Program-made: the position numbers and the translations under genes
Notes under the pieces: generated by a model
Seen by the model: the letters and a program-made list of their open reading frames with translations, nothing else
Databases searched by the model: none
What the model was told of the DNA's origin: nothing
Part shown: in pieces, positions 1-11,775 of the stretch
Layout of the letters: the number at the start of each line of letters is the position of its first letter
How positions within the stretch are numbered: the first letter of the stretch is position 1
Assembly: GCA_004431415.1 (NCBI GenBank)
Contig: QPMI01000039.1
Span: 434,001-498,000 of the forward strand
Length of the DNA: 64,000 nucleotides
Direction of reading: 5' to 3'
Origin: Cyanophora paradoxa CCMP329
Taxonomy: Eukaryota > Plantae > Glaucophyta

Positions 1-342
1 CCTGGCTCATCGTCCTCCAGTCCTCAGCCTCGATGTCGGCGTATGTGAGGTTGTCCAGCGTGGCCTGCAGCGCGTCGACGTCCACCTGGTGGCCATGGGC
101 GGTCAGGGCAGATCGGGGAGGCAGCAGCAAGCTCGAGGCGAGGCCATAGCCCGGCGACCCTGGTGGCCCAGTGGCGGTCTCACCTCGCGCACGACGCGGT
201 CCACGTCGACTGCGGCGATTGTGCGCCAATCCAGCCGCCCACCGCGTCGGCGAAAGAAGAAGCCCTGCGGATAGGCATCCAGGAACGCGCTCTTCCCGCG
301 AGGCTGCTGCGGCCCGCCGCGCTCGACGGCGCGGGCGGGCAT
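1..342 (-). CDS. DZIP1: DZIP1/Iguana-like ciliary protein, 5' exons (continues off the window start)
   Basis: Exon 1 (ATG 342) spliced GT-AG to the next exon gives FFFRRRGGRLDWRTIAAVDVDRVVRE|VDVDALQATLDNLTYADIEAED, matching the Dzip-like N-terminal domain pattern. Confidence 0.8.
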
Positions 343-475
343 CCTAACGCTAACGAAGCTGTCGCAGACTAGAATGCTACTTTGAAGCTCGCTGGGGCCC
401 GAGAAAGGCTGGAATTTGAACTACAAATTCGGCCAGGGGTACGCTTGGCACGAGCTTGCAACTGTACCCAACTCC

Positions 476-1874
476 ATGGAGCCAGCTTTCGCCCTTGTGC
501 TGCCAGCGCCGCGGCCGGCCGCGGGTTTTGCCGTAACGACGGCGGCTTCTGCTGTCTCCAAACGCCCGGTAGCGCGGACTGTCAGCCAGCCCGCCAATGC
601 GTTCCTCGGCCAGCGCCGGCTCCGGCCGGCGGCCTCATTCGCGGCGACGGCCGTACGACGCCCTGTCTTCTTCGCTCCGGCCCTCCCGGCGCGCGCCGCT
701 GAAGCGACCACTTCGCCGAGTTTGAAGCCCAGTGACGAGGCCCTAAAGCACAAGCGGGCGCTCATTGAGCTGATTGAGTGCGTCTCTGTCCTTGGTATTG
801 ACCGGGGAGCGAGTCTGATCGCGGCGCGGCCGAAACGCGCGCGTCCAGGTCGGCCGAGTCGGTCGGAGAGATGCGCAAGGACGCGTTCAAGCAGAAGGCA
901 GAGGCGCTCGCGCAGGAGCTCGCGAAGAATACTCCGTGCGAAGATCCGGCAACCAGGTGCCCCGCCCTTACCCTGCCAGTGCTGCCACGCCGGCGCCGGC
1001 CGCGGGCCCCGCTGAGCTCCCCGCGCCCGCAGCGTCTTCCTGCGGGGCACGTGGCAGCTGATCTTCACTACTGAGACGCCCCTGGACGCCATCATGGAGA
1101 ACGGCCTACCCCCCTTCTACAGCAGCGTGCGCCCCGGCGCCCTCCGCCCTGCCCCGCCCCGCCCCGCGCCCCCCGACCGCCGACCCCTCCTCCGCAGGGC
1201 TGCATCCTCCAGGCCCGTCCTGCGCCCGCCCGCCCGCCCCCCCGCCCGCCCGCCCGTACCCTCCCGAGCGCTGACCCGCCCCCCGCGCCGCAGGAGGTCC
1301 AGGGCGAGAACCGCGGCGAGGCGAGTACCCCGTACCCCATGGCGCGGCCGCGTACCCCTCACTCGCGCCGCAGATCACAAACATCATCGAGCTGGTGAAG
1401 GCGAGCAAGAAGGATATCGGGCCCGTATCGCCCGAGAGCGACGAGGTCGACGCCCGCTTCATCGTCTTCGTCGACTACGAGGTAGCCCCCCCCCATCCCG
1501 GACCGCGTACCCCTGGAAGCCGAGCCCGCGTACCCCCACAGGTCAAGTCCGCCAAGCGCCTGCGCTTCCAGGTGCGGCCGGCCGAGCCGCGCGCGCGAGG
1601 GGCAGCTTAGTACCCCCCTTGCCGACGCAGTACCCCCGCAGTTTAAGAGGACGCTCGTGAAGGCCGCCGGCTCGGGATTCCACATCAGCATCCCCCTCGC
1701 CCTCGGCTCCGGCTCCCTCGACACCATGTACCCCCGGCCCCCCCCCCCCCCCCCCCGCCGTCCGCACCTGTACCCCCGCGCCGACTCCCCTCGCCCCCCA
1801 GGTACTTGGACGAGGACTTCCGCGTGCAGACAGACTCGAGGGGCTGGCTCTCGGTCTTCAAGAAGCTCCGGTGA
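476..1874 (+). CDS. Plastid lipid-associated protein / fibrillin (PAP_fibrillin) with plastid transit peptide; about 9 exons
   Basis: The spliced product contains LAKNTPCEDPATSVFLRGTWQLIFTTE and GSLDTMYLDEDFRVQTDSRGWLSVFKK*, both fibrillin motifs. The N-terminus MEPAFALVLP is followed by an Ala/Arg/Ser-rich transit peptide. Micro-exons at 1198-1212 and 1294-1320. Confidence 0.85.
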
Positions 1875-2749
1875 TTTTAATCCGATGATCCGATGATCCA
1901 CCCCTGTACCCCGCCCGGCCCGCCGCCGGAGGTGCCCCCCGCCTTTTGCCTGTATGTATACTTGCCCGTTTTACGTATACGCTCTCTGAGCTCGAGGCTC
2001 AGAGGCTTGGGCTTCCGTATCTAGATCTAGAGAGCGCGTCCACACTGCCGGAGACTGCTGTTTTCTTTTTGCGAATTCCCAGCCGGAAAATGGTCGTAGT
2101 GAGATCCAACACATGCACAGCTTACCCGTCGATCGACGAAGGGCGAGGGGGCAGCGAGCGCCCAAGGAAGCGCTCTTGTGCTCTGAGACTAGGATAGGGG
2201 CGACGTGCTACTAGTATCTTCTCTTCTTGATCACGAGGCTTGCCGATCGCAAGGCGAGCGCGAGGGAGCGCAGGTATCTGGTGATCTTGCCCTGTAGGGA
2301 AGGCGCTCTATATCTACTCCCAGGTTGGGCCGGGCGTGTGAGGCGGGTCGGAGAAAGGAGAAGAGAGGGGGGGTGGGGGTGGGGGTGGGCCCGGGGGGGG
2401 GGGGGAAGGGGAAGGGTCTCGGAGGAAGTAAAGCTTACTGCATGCCGCGGCCCGAGCGCCGCCGCTTGCTGCCTAGTTTTAGTTTCGCACTAGACTCGAG
2501 ACCGCGGCGGCGCGGCGCCGGCGGCGCCGCCGCGGCGGCCGGCCGGCGGCCGACCGTCGGACGGACTCGGACCGTCGGACCGTATCGGCGTTATCGCTAC
2601 GGTGTCGACGTCGGGCCGTCGGATTAATAATATCCCGGGAATGACAGAGTCCACGAGGCAGATCCGCGGCCGGAGCTAGCTATATAGTGCTCGAGCCTAC
2701 CGTGGACGACTTATATACCGCGCTGACTTAAGTTCACTTAACTACTCAG

Positions 2750-2975
2750 TACCGCGCTGCCAAATTACCGCGCTCAAAATTTTTAGAACGCAGTAATTTG
2801 GTACCGCAGTATTATATATAATTATTTTTTTGGTGAGCGCAGTATTACCCCCTTTTCTAACAAATTAATAATACATTTTCGAAGACGAACGCGGTAATTT
2901 GGTAGCGCGGTAAAGCGCATTATGCTGCGCATACCGGCGCCGAAATTTTATAACGCGGTAATATGTGGCGCGGTA
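2750..2975. mobile_element. MITE with TA|CCGCG terminal inverted repeats (Tc1/mariner-type)
   Basis: taccgcgctgccaaattaccgcg at 2750 versus cgcggtaatatgtggcgcggta ending at 2975. An internal copy of the repeat lies at about 2890-2912. Confidence 0.6.
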
Positions 2976-2977
2976 TT

Positions 2978-3202
2978 TACTGTAAACGTACGAATTTCCG
3001 CCAGCGTTTAATTTCGACTATATTCGCCAGACCCTCGCGCTGTCGAATATTCGACGCTGGCGAATTAAGCCTTCGTATGGAGAGAGGGGTACCAGTCGCA
3101 GGGTGTCGAAATCAAGACGTCGACGCTGGCGGACTAATTTTCGACAGGATTTTCGGGTTTTGTCGAATTAAAGTGCTGGCGGATATTAGTACGTTTACAG
3201 TA
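2978..3202. mobile_element. MITE, TA|CTGTAAACGTA family (Tc1/mariner-type, TA target)
   Basis: 28-bp inverted ends with 26/28 identity (tactgtaaacgtacgaatttccgccagc / gctggcggatattagtacgtttacagta). Relative at 24495-24747. Confidence 0.85.
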
Positions 3203-3259
3203 AGTCGTCTTAGACTCGTCTACGGTACCGGACCCGTAAGACGAGTCTAAGACGACTTA
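3201..3259. repeat. Near-perfect inverted repeat / hairpin with about 25-bp arms
   Basis: taagtcgtcttagactcgtctacgg ... ccgtaagacgagtctaagacgactta. Confidence 0.8.
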
Positions 3260-4556
3260 CTTCGTCTACGTTAGTCGTAACTGTTAACAGTAGAACAATG
3301 AACTATACTGCAGTAGCCTGCCAGTAGGTCCGAGCCTCGAGGCTCTCTTGAAATTTCTTCAGAAAATCCCTGCTTTCCTCCTTTTTTTGCACATCACTAA
3401 AAAACTCACTCGCTGCCAACTTGTGCCAAGTACCACCGAGGCACTGCAGCGACGGACGGCGAGTCGGCGACGGTTGGTCACCGGGTCGACGTCGGGGGCC
3501 TGATTCTAATTACATATTATACGCAACTATATATATATATAGCTCGTACCGTAGTACCGGGTAGTACGGACTGGACTGTACGGTATGTCACTGAGAGTCA
3601 CGTGCACTGAGTGCCACTGACTCTGCCACGGAGTGCCACGTGCACAGTCTGCCAGTGTCGAGTCACTGTCGACTCACTGTCGAGTCACTTTCGACGTCTG
3701 CCACCGAGTGCCACGTGCACCGTGCACGCCGCGGCCGTGGCACAGTGCCACACTGTGATCATGAATCCGCGGCGCCGTGGGGAGTCCAACTTGGCAACTG
3801 TGACATGTACATACAATGATAATTTTAAACGCGTACGGTACGGTCGGTAGTACTCGGTACCATGACATACCAGTATCCAAGTACTGGTACTAGTACTAGT
3901 ACCGTACTACGGTATACGTACTAGCACAATAAGCACATCCACTGGGCCAATGTCATCCATATGTACATGTACTGTACACGGTGACAGGCCTAGGTGATGA
4001 ACCGTGATGTACTTAAGTGCAGTCGACGTCACTGATCATGAGTGATGACCGTGCATGCATATGCGCAGGCAGGACCGTCGGACTGTGCACTGTGACTGTG
4101 TGCAGTCGACGGAGACGTCGACTCGGCGACTCGACGCCACTGAGTCGCTGCAGCTGCATGCCACAGTTCGCTGCAGGCCACGATGTGCAGGCACAGTGCA
4201 GCAGGCTGCCAGCAGCTGCAGGCTGCAGCTGCATGCAGCCAACGTGATAATTAACTCTGCCGATCGAGGCTCGCGATCGGGCCGCTCAGCGACTCGACTC
4301 GGGCTCGCCGAGCGGCCCGATCACGACTCTCGGCGAGTCGCCATTTGCGCTCGCACGCGCAATATACGAATACGCATACGTACGCGCGCGTAAACGCCCC
4401 ACGGTCGTTCATCAGCTTACGTACTACTGTTCAACGGTTGGCACTGCCGCTGCAAGGCCTCCGATCCGGGCAGCTGCAGGATCCATCCTGCCGCAGTGCA
4501 GCTGCGAATTGCGAAATGCAGGCTTTCAGCCGCTGAGCTCCGCGCCGTCGATATCG

Positions 4557-7500
4557 ATGGGAGTCCCCGTAGCGGCGCTCGGGCGCTTCGAGGAAGCTCG
4601 CATGTCGATTTTTGCAGGGAAGCTCGGGGCGGTCGCGGCGGCGGCGTCGGCCGCCGCCGCGGCCGTCCTCTAGATCTGGGCGGCGTGGCGCCTGCTGTGC
4701 TCGCAATCGCGGTCGGAAAGCGTCGCCGACGAGATCCCTGGTCCCCCGGTGCACTGGCTCCTCGGCAACCTGAACCAGCTCTCGCAGAACAGGGGCGAAG
4801 GTCCGCAAATTTACTAAAGTTACATGTGTGCATGCTCTTCTTTCGCGCCTTCGCGTATCGGGCCCCCGAAGTGCTGTCGATAATAACAATTCGTAGCCAC
4901 ATGTACAACATGGACATCTAATGAGCGAAAGCCGCCTCTGCAGACTTCACGCGCCTGGCGGCGGAGCACGGCCCGGTGTTCCACTTCTACATTCTGCGGC
5001 GGGCGGGGGTCTTCGTGGCGGACCCCGACCTTCTCCGGCACGTGCTCGTGACGCACGCCGCCCGCTACGGCGTCGGCCCCCGGCGCGTCCTCCGCCCCGT
5101 CGTCGGCGACTACAGGCGAGCCGCCCACGTCCTCCAATTAGCTATCGTTGAATTTGCGATTCACGTGGGGTCCTTTTCATCGTCGACGCCCTCCTTAATT
5201 ATAATCTCCGGATCGAAGCATGCTGCGACTGGAGGGTGAGGAGTGGGTGAGACTCGATCCCGCCCCCTTTCTTCCGGCCCCTTCCAAGATGCCATGATGG
5301 CCCAAGTCCTGATCGCGAGTCTGGGTACAGCTGGCGCACCGGCGCCTGCTCTCGCCGGCTTTCCACCGGGAGAAGCTGCAGCGCATGTGGCCCGAGTTCC
5401 AGCGCGCCGCCGCCCAGCTGGCGGACCTCTGGGCCGCGGAGGCGGCAGGGGCAGGGGCGGCGGGCGGGGCGGCGACAGTGGACGTGCCGGAGCCGCTGAG
5501 CCGCATGACGATCGACGTGATCGGGCGGGCGGCCTTTGGGGCGGAGCTGCGGGCCCTGGAACCCGGGCCCGGGCCGGGCCACAGCGACCCCGTCGTAGCC
5601 CACCTTCTCGCCTTTCACGCCCTCGCCCGGTGCGAACGAAGTCTTCGAGCGAATATATATATATATATCAAGCGAAGAATAATTATAAAGGTTGGAATAA
5701 CTAATGCAAGCCATCTTCGACGTCTCACGGGGTCGTGGTGAGCAGTGGGCGCCCAGCGGCAGTCTGGCGGAGAATGCAGCGCATGATCTACCTGCGCGAG
5801 GCGCCTTCCCCCCCCCCCCCCCTTCCCCCTCTCCCCCCTACCCCCAAGGCCTTCTGCATGGGCGTGTACCCTCCTGAATCCAGCCCTCCCCCGCACCCCC
5901 AGGCCTTCGATTCGCGCCTCCTCGAGCTTCTTGCAGCCCTCCGCTTCCGCGCGTTTCGGGTACCCATCCATTCTCTCCCCCCTTCCTCGCCCTTGACTTC
6001 CCTACGGCCCACCCTGCAGCTCCTCGCGATCGTCCCGGTTCCTGACACGCCGTGCAGGCGGAGCTGAGCGGATTAAAGGAGCGCACCCGGCGACTCGCTA
6101 GGGAGCGCCGCGCCGCGTGGCTGGCTGGCTGCCCCGTTCCCCAGGACCTACTCCAGGTGGGAGTACTAGAACCCCATCGAAAACCCGGATCGCGATCGGG
6201 CACCCCCGCTGTTTCCTAATGTTTTCTCCGGGGGTACAGCTGATGGTGGAGGCGAGGGACGAGGAAACGGGGCGGGGCCTCACGGAGGATGAGGTACCCC
6301 CCGCAATGTTCATTCACTCATGATCAGTGTGCTCCCGCGCCTCCCGATCGCGGCCATCCACGCCCTCAGATCGTTGACGAGGCAGTGACGTTCCTGGCGC
6401 GTCCCGCCGCGCCGCGCCGCCGTACCCCGCGATCGGCTGATCGAGACGGTACCCCCCGATCTGCGGCCGTAGATCGCGGGGCAGGAGACGACTGCGGTGC
6501 TGCTCGGGTGGACGCTGCGGGCCCTCGTCGACCACCCGCACGTCCAGGAGAAGGTTCGAATTCGATTCCCCGCTGTTGAATCACCGAATCTCCCTGCGAA
6601 TCCTCGTTTAACCAGGCGGATACGCTGCTTGAAACTGCCAGGTGCATGCGGAGGTGGCGGCGGTGCTAAAGGCGGGCCCCGGGGCGCGGCCGCGGGCGCC
6701 GGAGCTGGCGGACTTCGACCGGCTGAAGTACACGCGCTGTGTGCTCGCGGAGGTGCTGCGGCTGTGGCCGCCCGCCCCCTCCAGCTCCCGCCTCTGCCTC
6801 CGCGACGACCGCATCGGGGGGTAAGACGTCCCCAAGGGCACCCTCGTGCGTGGCCCCGCCCTCCGGCCCGGCCCGCGCAGCCGCACATGGGCCATACTAT
6901 ATGCATCCCTCGAGCTCACCGCCGATTGCAATTGCACGCGCATATATAATTACGATCAACCACCGCGCACGTGCAGATCCTTTTCTCTGCCTATCAGGTG
7001 CCCCTGTCAATATTAATGCAATATCAACAATCAATTGCAAGCATTTTTTGCATCGCGTGCGCTCCGAATCATTGAATCAAACGCGTCGCAGATGCACCGG
7101 AGCGAGACGCACTGGCCGCAGCCCCTCGAGTTCGATCCCTCCCGGTGCCGGCGCCCTTTCTATATCGATATACCTTCCCGCCTGTCCGACTGTGCGCATA
7201 CCGACCGACACCTGTCGCCAGGTTCGAGGGCTGCACCGAGTCCCCCGGGCACCCCCTCGCCTACATCCCCTTCGGAGCCGGGCCCCGCAAGTGCGAATCA
7301 CCGTTCCGCATGCCGCAGAGCATGCGGCCATGCCGGCCTGACGCTGATGGCTGCGCCGTGCACGCGGGGGCAGGTGCATCGGGCGCAACCTGGCAGTGAT
7401 GGAGACCGTGGCGGTGGTGGCCACGCTCGTATCCCGCCTCCGCTTCGAGCGCGCCTGGTGTCCCCGCCCCGGCCCTGGAACGGGACGCGAGCGCGAGCGC

Positions 7501-7569
7501 GAGCCCGAGGTCGCACCGGGCGTCGCCCTCCGCCTCGCCAGCCTCCTTCTCCGCGTCTCGCCCCGCTAG
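4557..7569 (+). pseudogene. Cytochrome P450 (CYP4-clan-like), multi-exon, apparently inactivated
   Basis: IPGPPVHWLLGNL; DEAVTFL/IAGQETT I-helix; AEVLRLWPP (ExxR); FGAGPRKCIG haem motif. In-frame TAG at 4671-4673 and TAA at 6822-6824 (IGG*DVPKG, where Tyr is expected). Confidence 0.8.
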
Positions 7570-8517
7570 CTACATAATACATGTAGCCCCGCGGCCGCGG
7601 CGGATTATTGTTTCTCATTTTCGCACAATTGGTAATTTATGAACAGCCACGCGAGTGTGCTTTGACTCATTGAGTTCTAGATCTCGAAGTTCCGGATTGC
7701 ACTTATAATTTGAGACTCGAGCTCCGGATCGGATCCTCGACATGCACAGCTCCCGATCGTGATGAAAAGCTTCATCACGATCATGCATTTGCGTATGACC
7801 ATGAATTGAAAATTCCGAAGCTCGCGGCCCGCGGCCGGGCAGACTGACTTGCCGTGAATCCGGACGCGTCATCATGATAATGAACTTTCGTATGCTTCAA
7901 GTTCCAATCCAGAAACCGCGAACGCGCGGACGATAGGCACGGCGGACACAAGGGAGCCGGCGAGGGAGCAGAGCTGGCCGGCTGACTCAGTGAGGTATGG
8001 CTGCGAGTGCACGTGGCCCACTCCGCGAGCTCGCCTCAAGATCAGCGATCGCGAGCCGCTCCGATCCGGGGACAGGCTGTCATCGCGAGGCTGTCAGGCT
8101 CGACGCAGAGGAAGGTGAGGCGGGTGCCGGGTCCTTCTATATAGCTAGCTTATGCGGGGCGAGAGGGACCGGATACCTAGCTCGATCGCGAGGTCCCCGC
8201 AGACCTCGAGCAGCACGCCGATGTACCGCCGGCACTCGCGATCGCCGATGCCGGTGAAAAATTCGAGGATGCATATGGTGGAATTGGAGCGGGAAGGGAG
8301 AGCGAAAACGAGCAGACTCGATATCCTCTTTCGCCATCTCGGCGCCGCAACCGCGCTGAATCAGAAGCTCAATCGCTCTGCTGACGTCGACCTTTTGTTT
8401 TTGATACTGCAGCTCGTCAGGGTCAACGCCGCTGTTGACTGGCGGGCCGTGATGCCACTACTAAAAGGGGGTTCGCCGGAGCCTTTTTCAGCCTGATTTA
8501 ATTCAAGCTTAAAGCAC

Positions 8518-8561
8518 GCTGGAAGCAGGCTGACTCAGTGAGCCTTCAGCCTGCTTCCAGC
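8518..8561. repeat. Perfect 16-bp inverted repeat
   Basis: gctggaagcaggctga-ctcagtgagcct-tcagcctgcttccagc. Confidence 0.75.
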
Positions 8562-10429
8562 CTGATTGCTCAACTTGGCAATTAAGAAAGCAGGCTAGCC
8601 TAGGCCTGTTAAGCAAACAGCTTGCTTGGCCATGTGGTCACCGGGTAAGAAAGGTTGTGAATCCGGCGCCACTTGGTCGAACGCTTCTTCCGAATTAATG
8701 GCTCCGACAGGCCTAGGGGAACCAACAAAGGGGGCGCCGACAGGGAAAGCAACAAAAGGGGGTGATATCGATATCCTTCTCAACGTACGCGTCCTGCCGC
8801 GCCACGTCGATGTGCTCGAGGGCGGAAGGCTGCAGCTGGGAGAGCTCGAGGGAAATTGCAGAGAACCAAGGGCCGCGGTACTGCAGCGGGAAGCCGTGGG
8901 CGAACCCGTGTAAGAGGCGGGCCCGGCGGGCGGCAATTGTAAGGGAGGAATCGGGATGGCTCTCCGGATCCATGGCCAGGCCTAGGGCTGTACATGTGAC
9001 GATGCGATCGGGCCGCACAGGTGTGGGGCCGGGGCCAGACCTGCAGACAGGCCTGAAATTCGAAGGAGCTCCTCGGCGTCGAAGTCAGGGACCTCAATGG
9101 AGAAAGGCGGCTTCGGCGGCGGGCCGGGGGCGCCCTGCCCCCGGCGAGGAGGCGTGGCCCGGCGTCCGGAAGGCCCGACGCACTAGTACTGGCATGGGGC
9201 AAGGTGGCAGTGGCATGGGGCTCATGCCATGATGATAGAGCCTCGAGAGCGGCATGCGCAGGCTGGACCCGCGAAACCAGCGCGGGAGGCGGCGCTGGCG
9301 GCGCCCGCCGCGGGGCCCGGCCGCGCGGGGCCGGCGGGGCGGGCGCGCGGAGAGGCGGCAGCGGCGCCTCCAGAAACGCGAAATTGAGGCGGCTCGGGCG
9401 CCGCGCTTGTTTGCAAAAACGCGTTTAATTTGGGTATGCAACACAAGTTGACTATAGCTACTTGAATCAAATTCGGAATTTGAAGTTTAAGACTGCGAAA
9501 TCGGTGACCTCAGTAAGTCTACTTTATATTTACAACCCATAAATATTGGTAAAGCTCCCTCGACTCACCCGGGCAAAGTGCGCTGCTTTGGCCATTAAAC
9601 CAAAGATGCAGAGATCCGATCCAAATCTGCAATTTGTGTTTCTGGCGCTGCGCATGCCGGCGCCTGTTAACACTCGCGATCGCCGCATTGCATTGTACAT
9701 GTGATATTCAATGTCATAATTGCAATGTCATGCGCTGGACCATGATCCCGCGAATCCGAACTTCAAATCCTCAGAGTCTTTGTTTTCCAATTTCTATACA
9801 TGCCGGGGCGCCTAGCTGCATGCCATGCTTACACGTGCACCGGTACCGTAGTACCGTGGCACGACTGTCTAAAGCTGTGCGCATTCTACACTATAGCTAG
9901 TACTCAGTGCGACACGAACGTAAACTTGCCATGGAATCGCTAGATCATAATCAAGCCGCGAAACCATAAATTAGCTTCAAATAAATCCATCGATGTCTAT
10001 CTATAACTCAGCTGCAAATAGATCCATCTATAGCACTAACGTTGCAATATAATGGTACAAGGAAATATTACGGTACAATAAGCTGGCCGTATATACGGAT
10101 ACGCGTGCTTCTATGCATTACGTTGATCGCAATTCATGATGCGCCCTCTATATATAGCTATATATGTACGTCGCGGCGTCCGGATTCGTAGCTTCGCCTG
10201 AAGATGTAAAGGCATGCGCATGATCAGTATTCGAATTCAACGATGCACGAAAAACTTAGATGTGAACGGCGGGCACCGGAGATGTGCATTGTAAGGCTCG
10301 CTTAAACGACTCGAGCGTTGCATTCCTCGGGGCACCTGCAACAATATAAATTTAAATTGTAAGTAATTGCAGCCGCGGCTCACACGGCTAGCGCTGGCGC
10401 TGGCATACGCGCATTTTATATCGACGATA

Positions 10430-11775
10430 TATGGAAGTAGAAGCGAGATATGCCCACATTCAATTTGTATTTAGGTGCCGTCCTCCGCCGCCTGGCAACC
10501 GGCACTGGTCCCGGGCAATCTGCGTTCTCAAACCGATCACAATTTATTAGATTTATAGATAAACGGCTTATGAACATACCGAAAGTTGTGCGAGATTAGA
10601 GGGGGTGTAGTCTGGCACTTGATAGAAGAATTGGATTCGGAAATCGATTCGGAGACTGGCAGACGGCAAGACGTCGACCTTCGAGCAAAGGCTGTAACGA
10701 CATTTGCACACGTCAGGCTTGCGATCATCGTTCTATGGCTGGGGCACTAGTACTGCGGCATATGGATGACTCTAAAGTGCACGTGGAGTCCCGCACCGGA
10801 ACGGGGTGAAGTTCCGGAAGGTTTCCCACTCGCAAAGTCGTTCTCCGCGTATTGATGTCGCTCCAGGGGGAGCTCCGGATCCGCCGCGTCGTCGGAGAAC
10901 CCGCAGCTGAGAAAACGTGAGCGCTCGCGAGCCAGCGTCGAAGGGGTGCGAGCCTAGGCCTCCAGGCACATTGAATATAGACAAGTGGAAATTGAACGAC
11001 GCCGTTGGGGCGGGCGGACTGTTGAACAAGAAAGAAACAGACCTGCCCTGAATGACGGCATCGACACTGCAGAGCTCTAGATCTCCGCCAAAACGCTCCT
11101 CGAGCTGAACGCGTAGGGGCTCTGCAGCTGGTCGCGAAGTTAGACTTAGAATTCAGAAATTCGGGGACCGGAGATTAAGCGTCGCAATTTAATATTGCGC
11201 GCGCGTTGACGTTCGTACACACCTTCGAATTCGCTGCAGTCCAGGAAATCCGCGAACTCGAACGGGCCGAGTAACCTCGAGCTGTCCCGCCGAAATCCAT
11301 GCATGCGCATGTGCGTTGATCCAGATCTAGAGCTGCCCCGAGCAGATGCGCTGCCGAGGATCCTTGGAGAGCCGGTTCCTCCTTCGTCGTCGGACTCGGC
11401 GACATCAATGCAGAGAGGAACCTGCAACACGCAGGCCGATTGCGAGAGCTGGTCCGAGCTCGAGTCCGGCCGCAGATCCGGCGGCGCATCCGTCGGGGCC
11501 GGGACAGCAGTCGGGGCCGAGTAGCTGGAGGCACGGTCCGCGAGGGCTGCGAGCAGGCCGTGGCGGAAGCCTATGCCCGGCGGAATCCGGCCGCGCGGGC
11601 CTGGGTCGGCGCTGATTATCAAATCGATGCTGAAAGGCTCGGGCTCGGGCGCGATGGGCGACGCGGGTGCTCGAGCAGCTGCAGGCCCCGCCGTGGCTTG
11701 CAGCTGGAGGAACGCCAACGCGTCTCGATCTATTTCGCGGTCCACTGCAGCTGGCCGCGGCTGCGGCCGGGTCAT
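10430..11775 (-). CDS. Hypothetical multi-exon protein, possibly decaying; 3' end uncertain
   Basis: ORF 11146-11775 plus GT-AG-bounded downstream exons (LEERFGGDLELCSVDAVIQG; NDDRKPDVCKCRYSLCSKV). No family recognised. Confidence 0.35.

Noticed and set aside
2400-4400. Restriction-site-rich DNA as cloning vector or polylinker contamination
   Set aside because: The palindromes are dispersed over all deserts, sit inside native repeats and introns, and are copies of their immediate flanks. No vector features are present.
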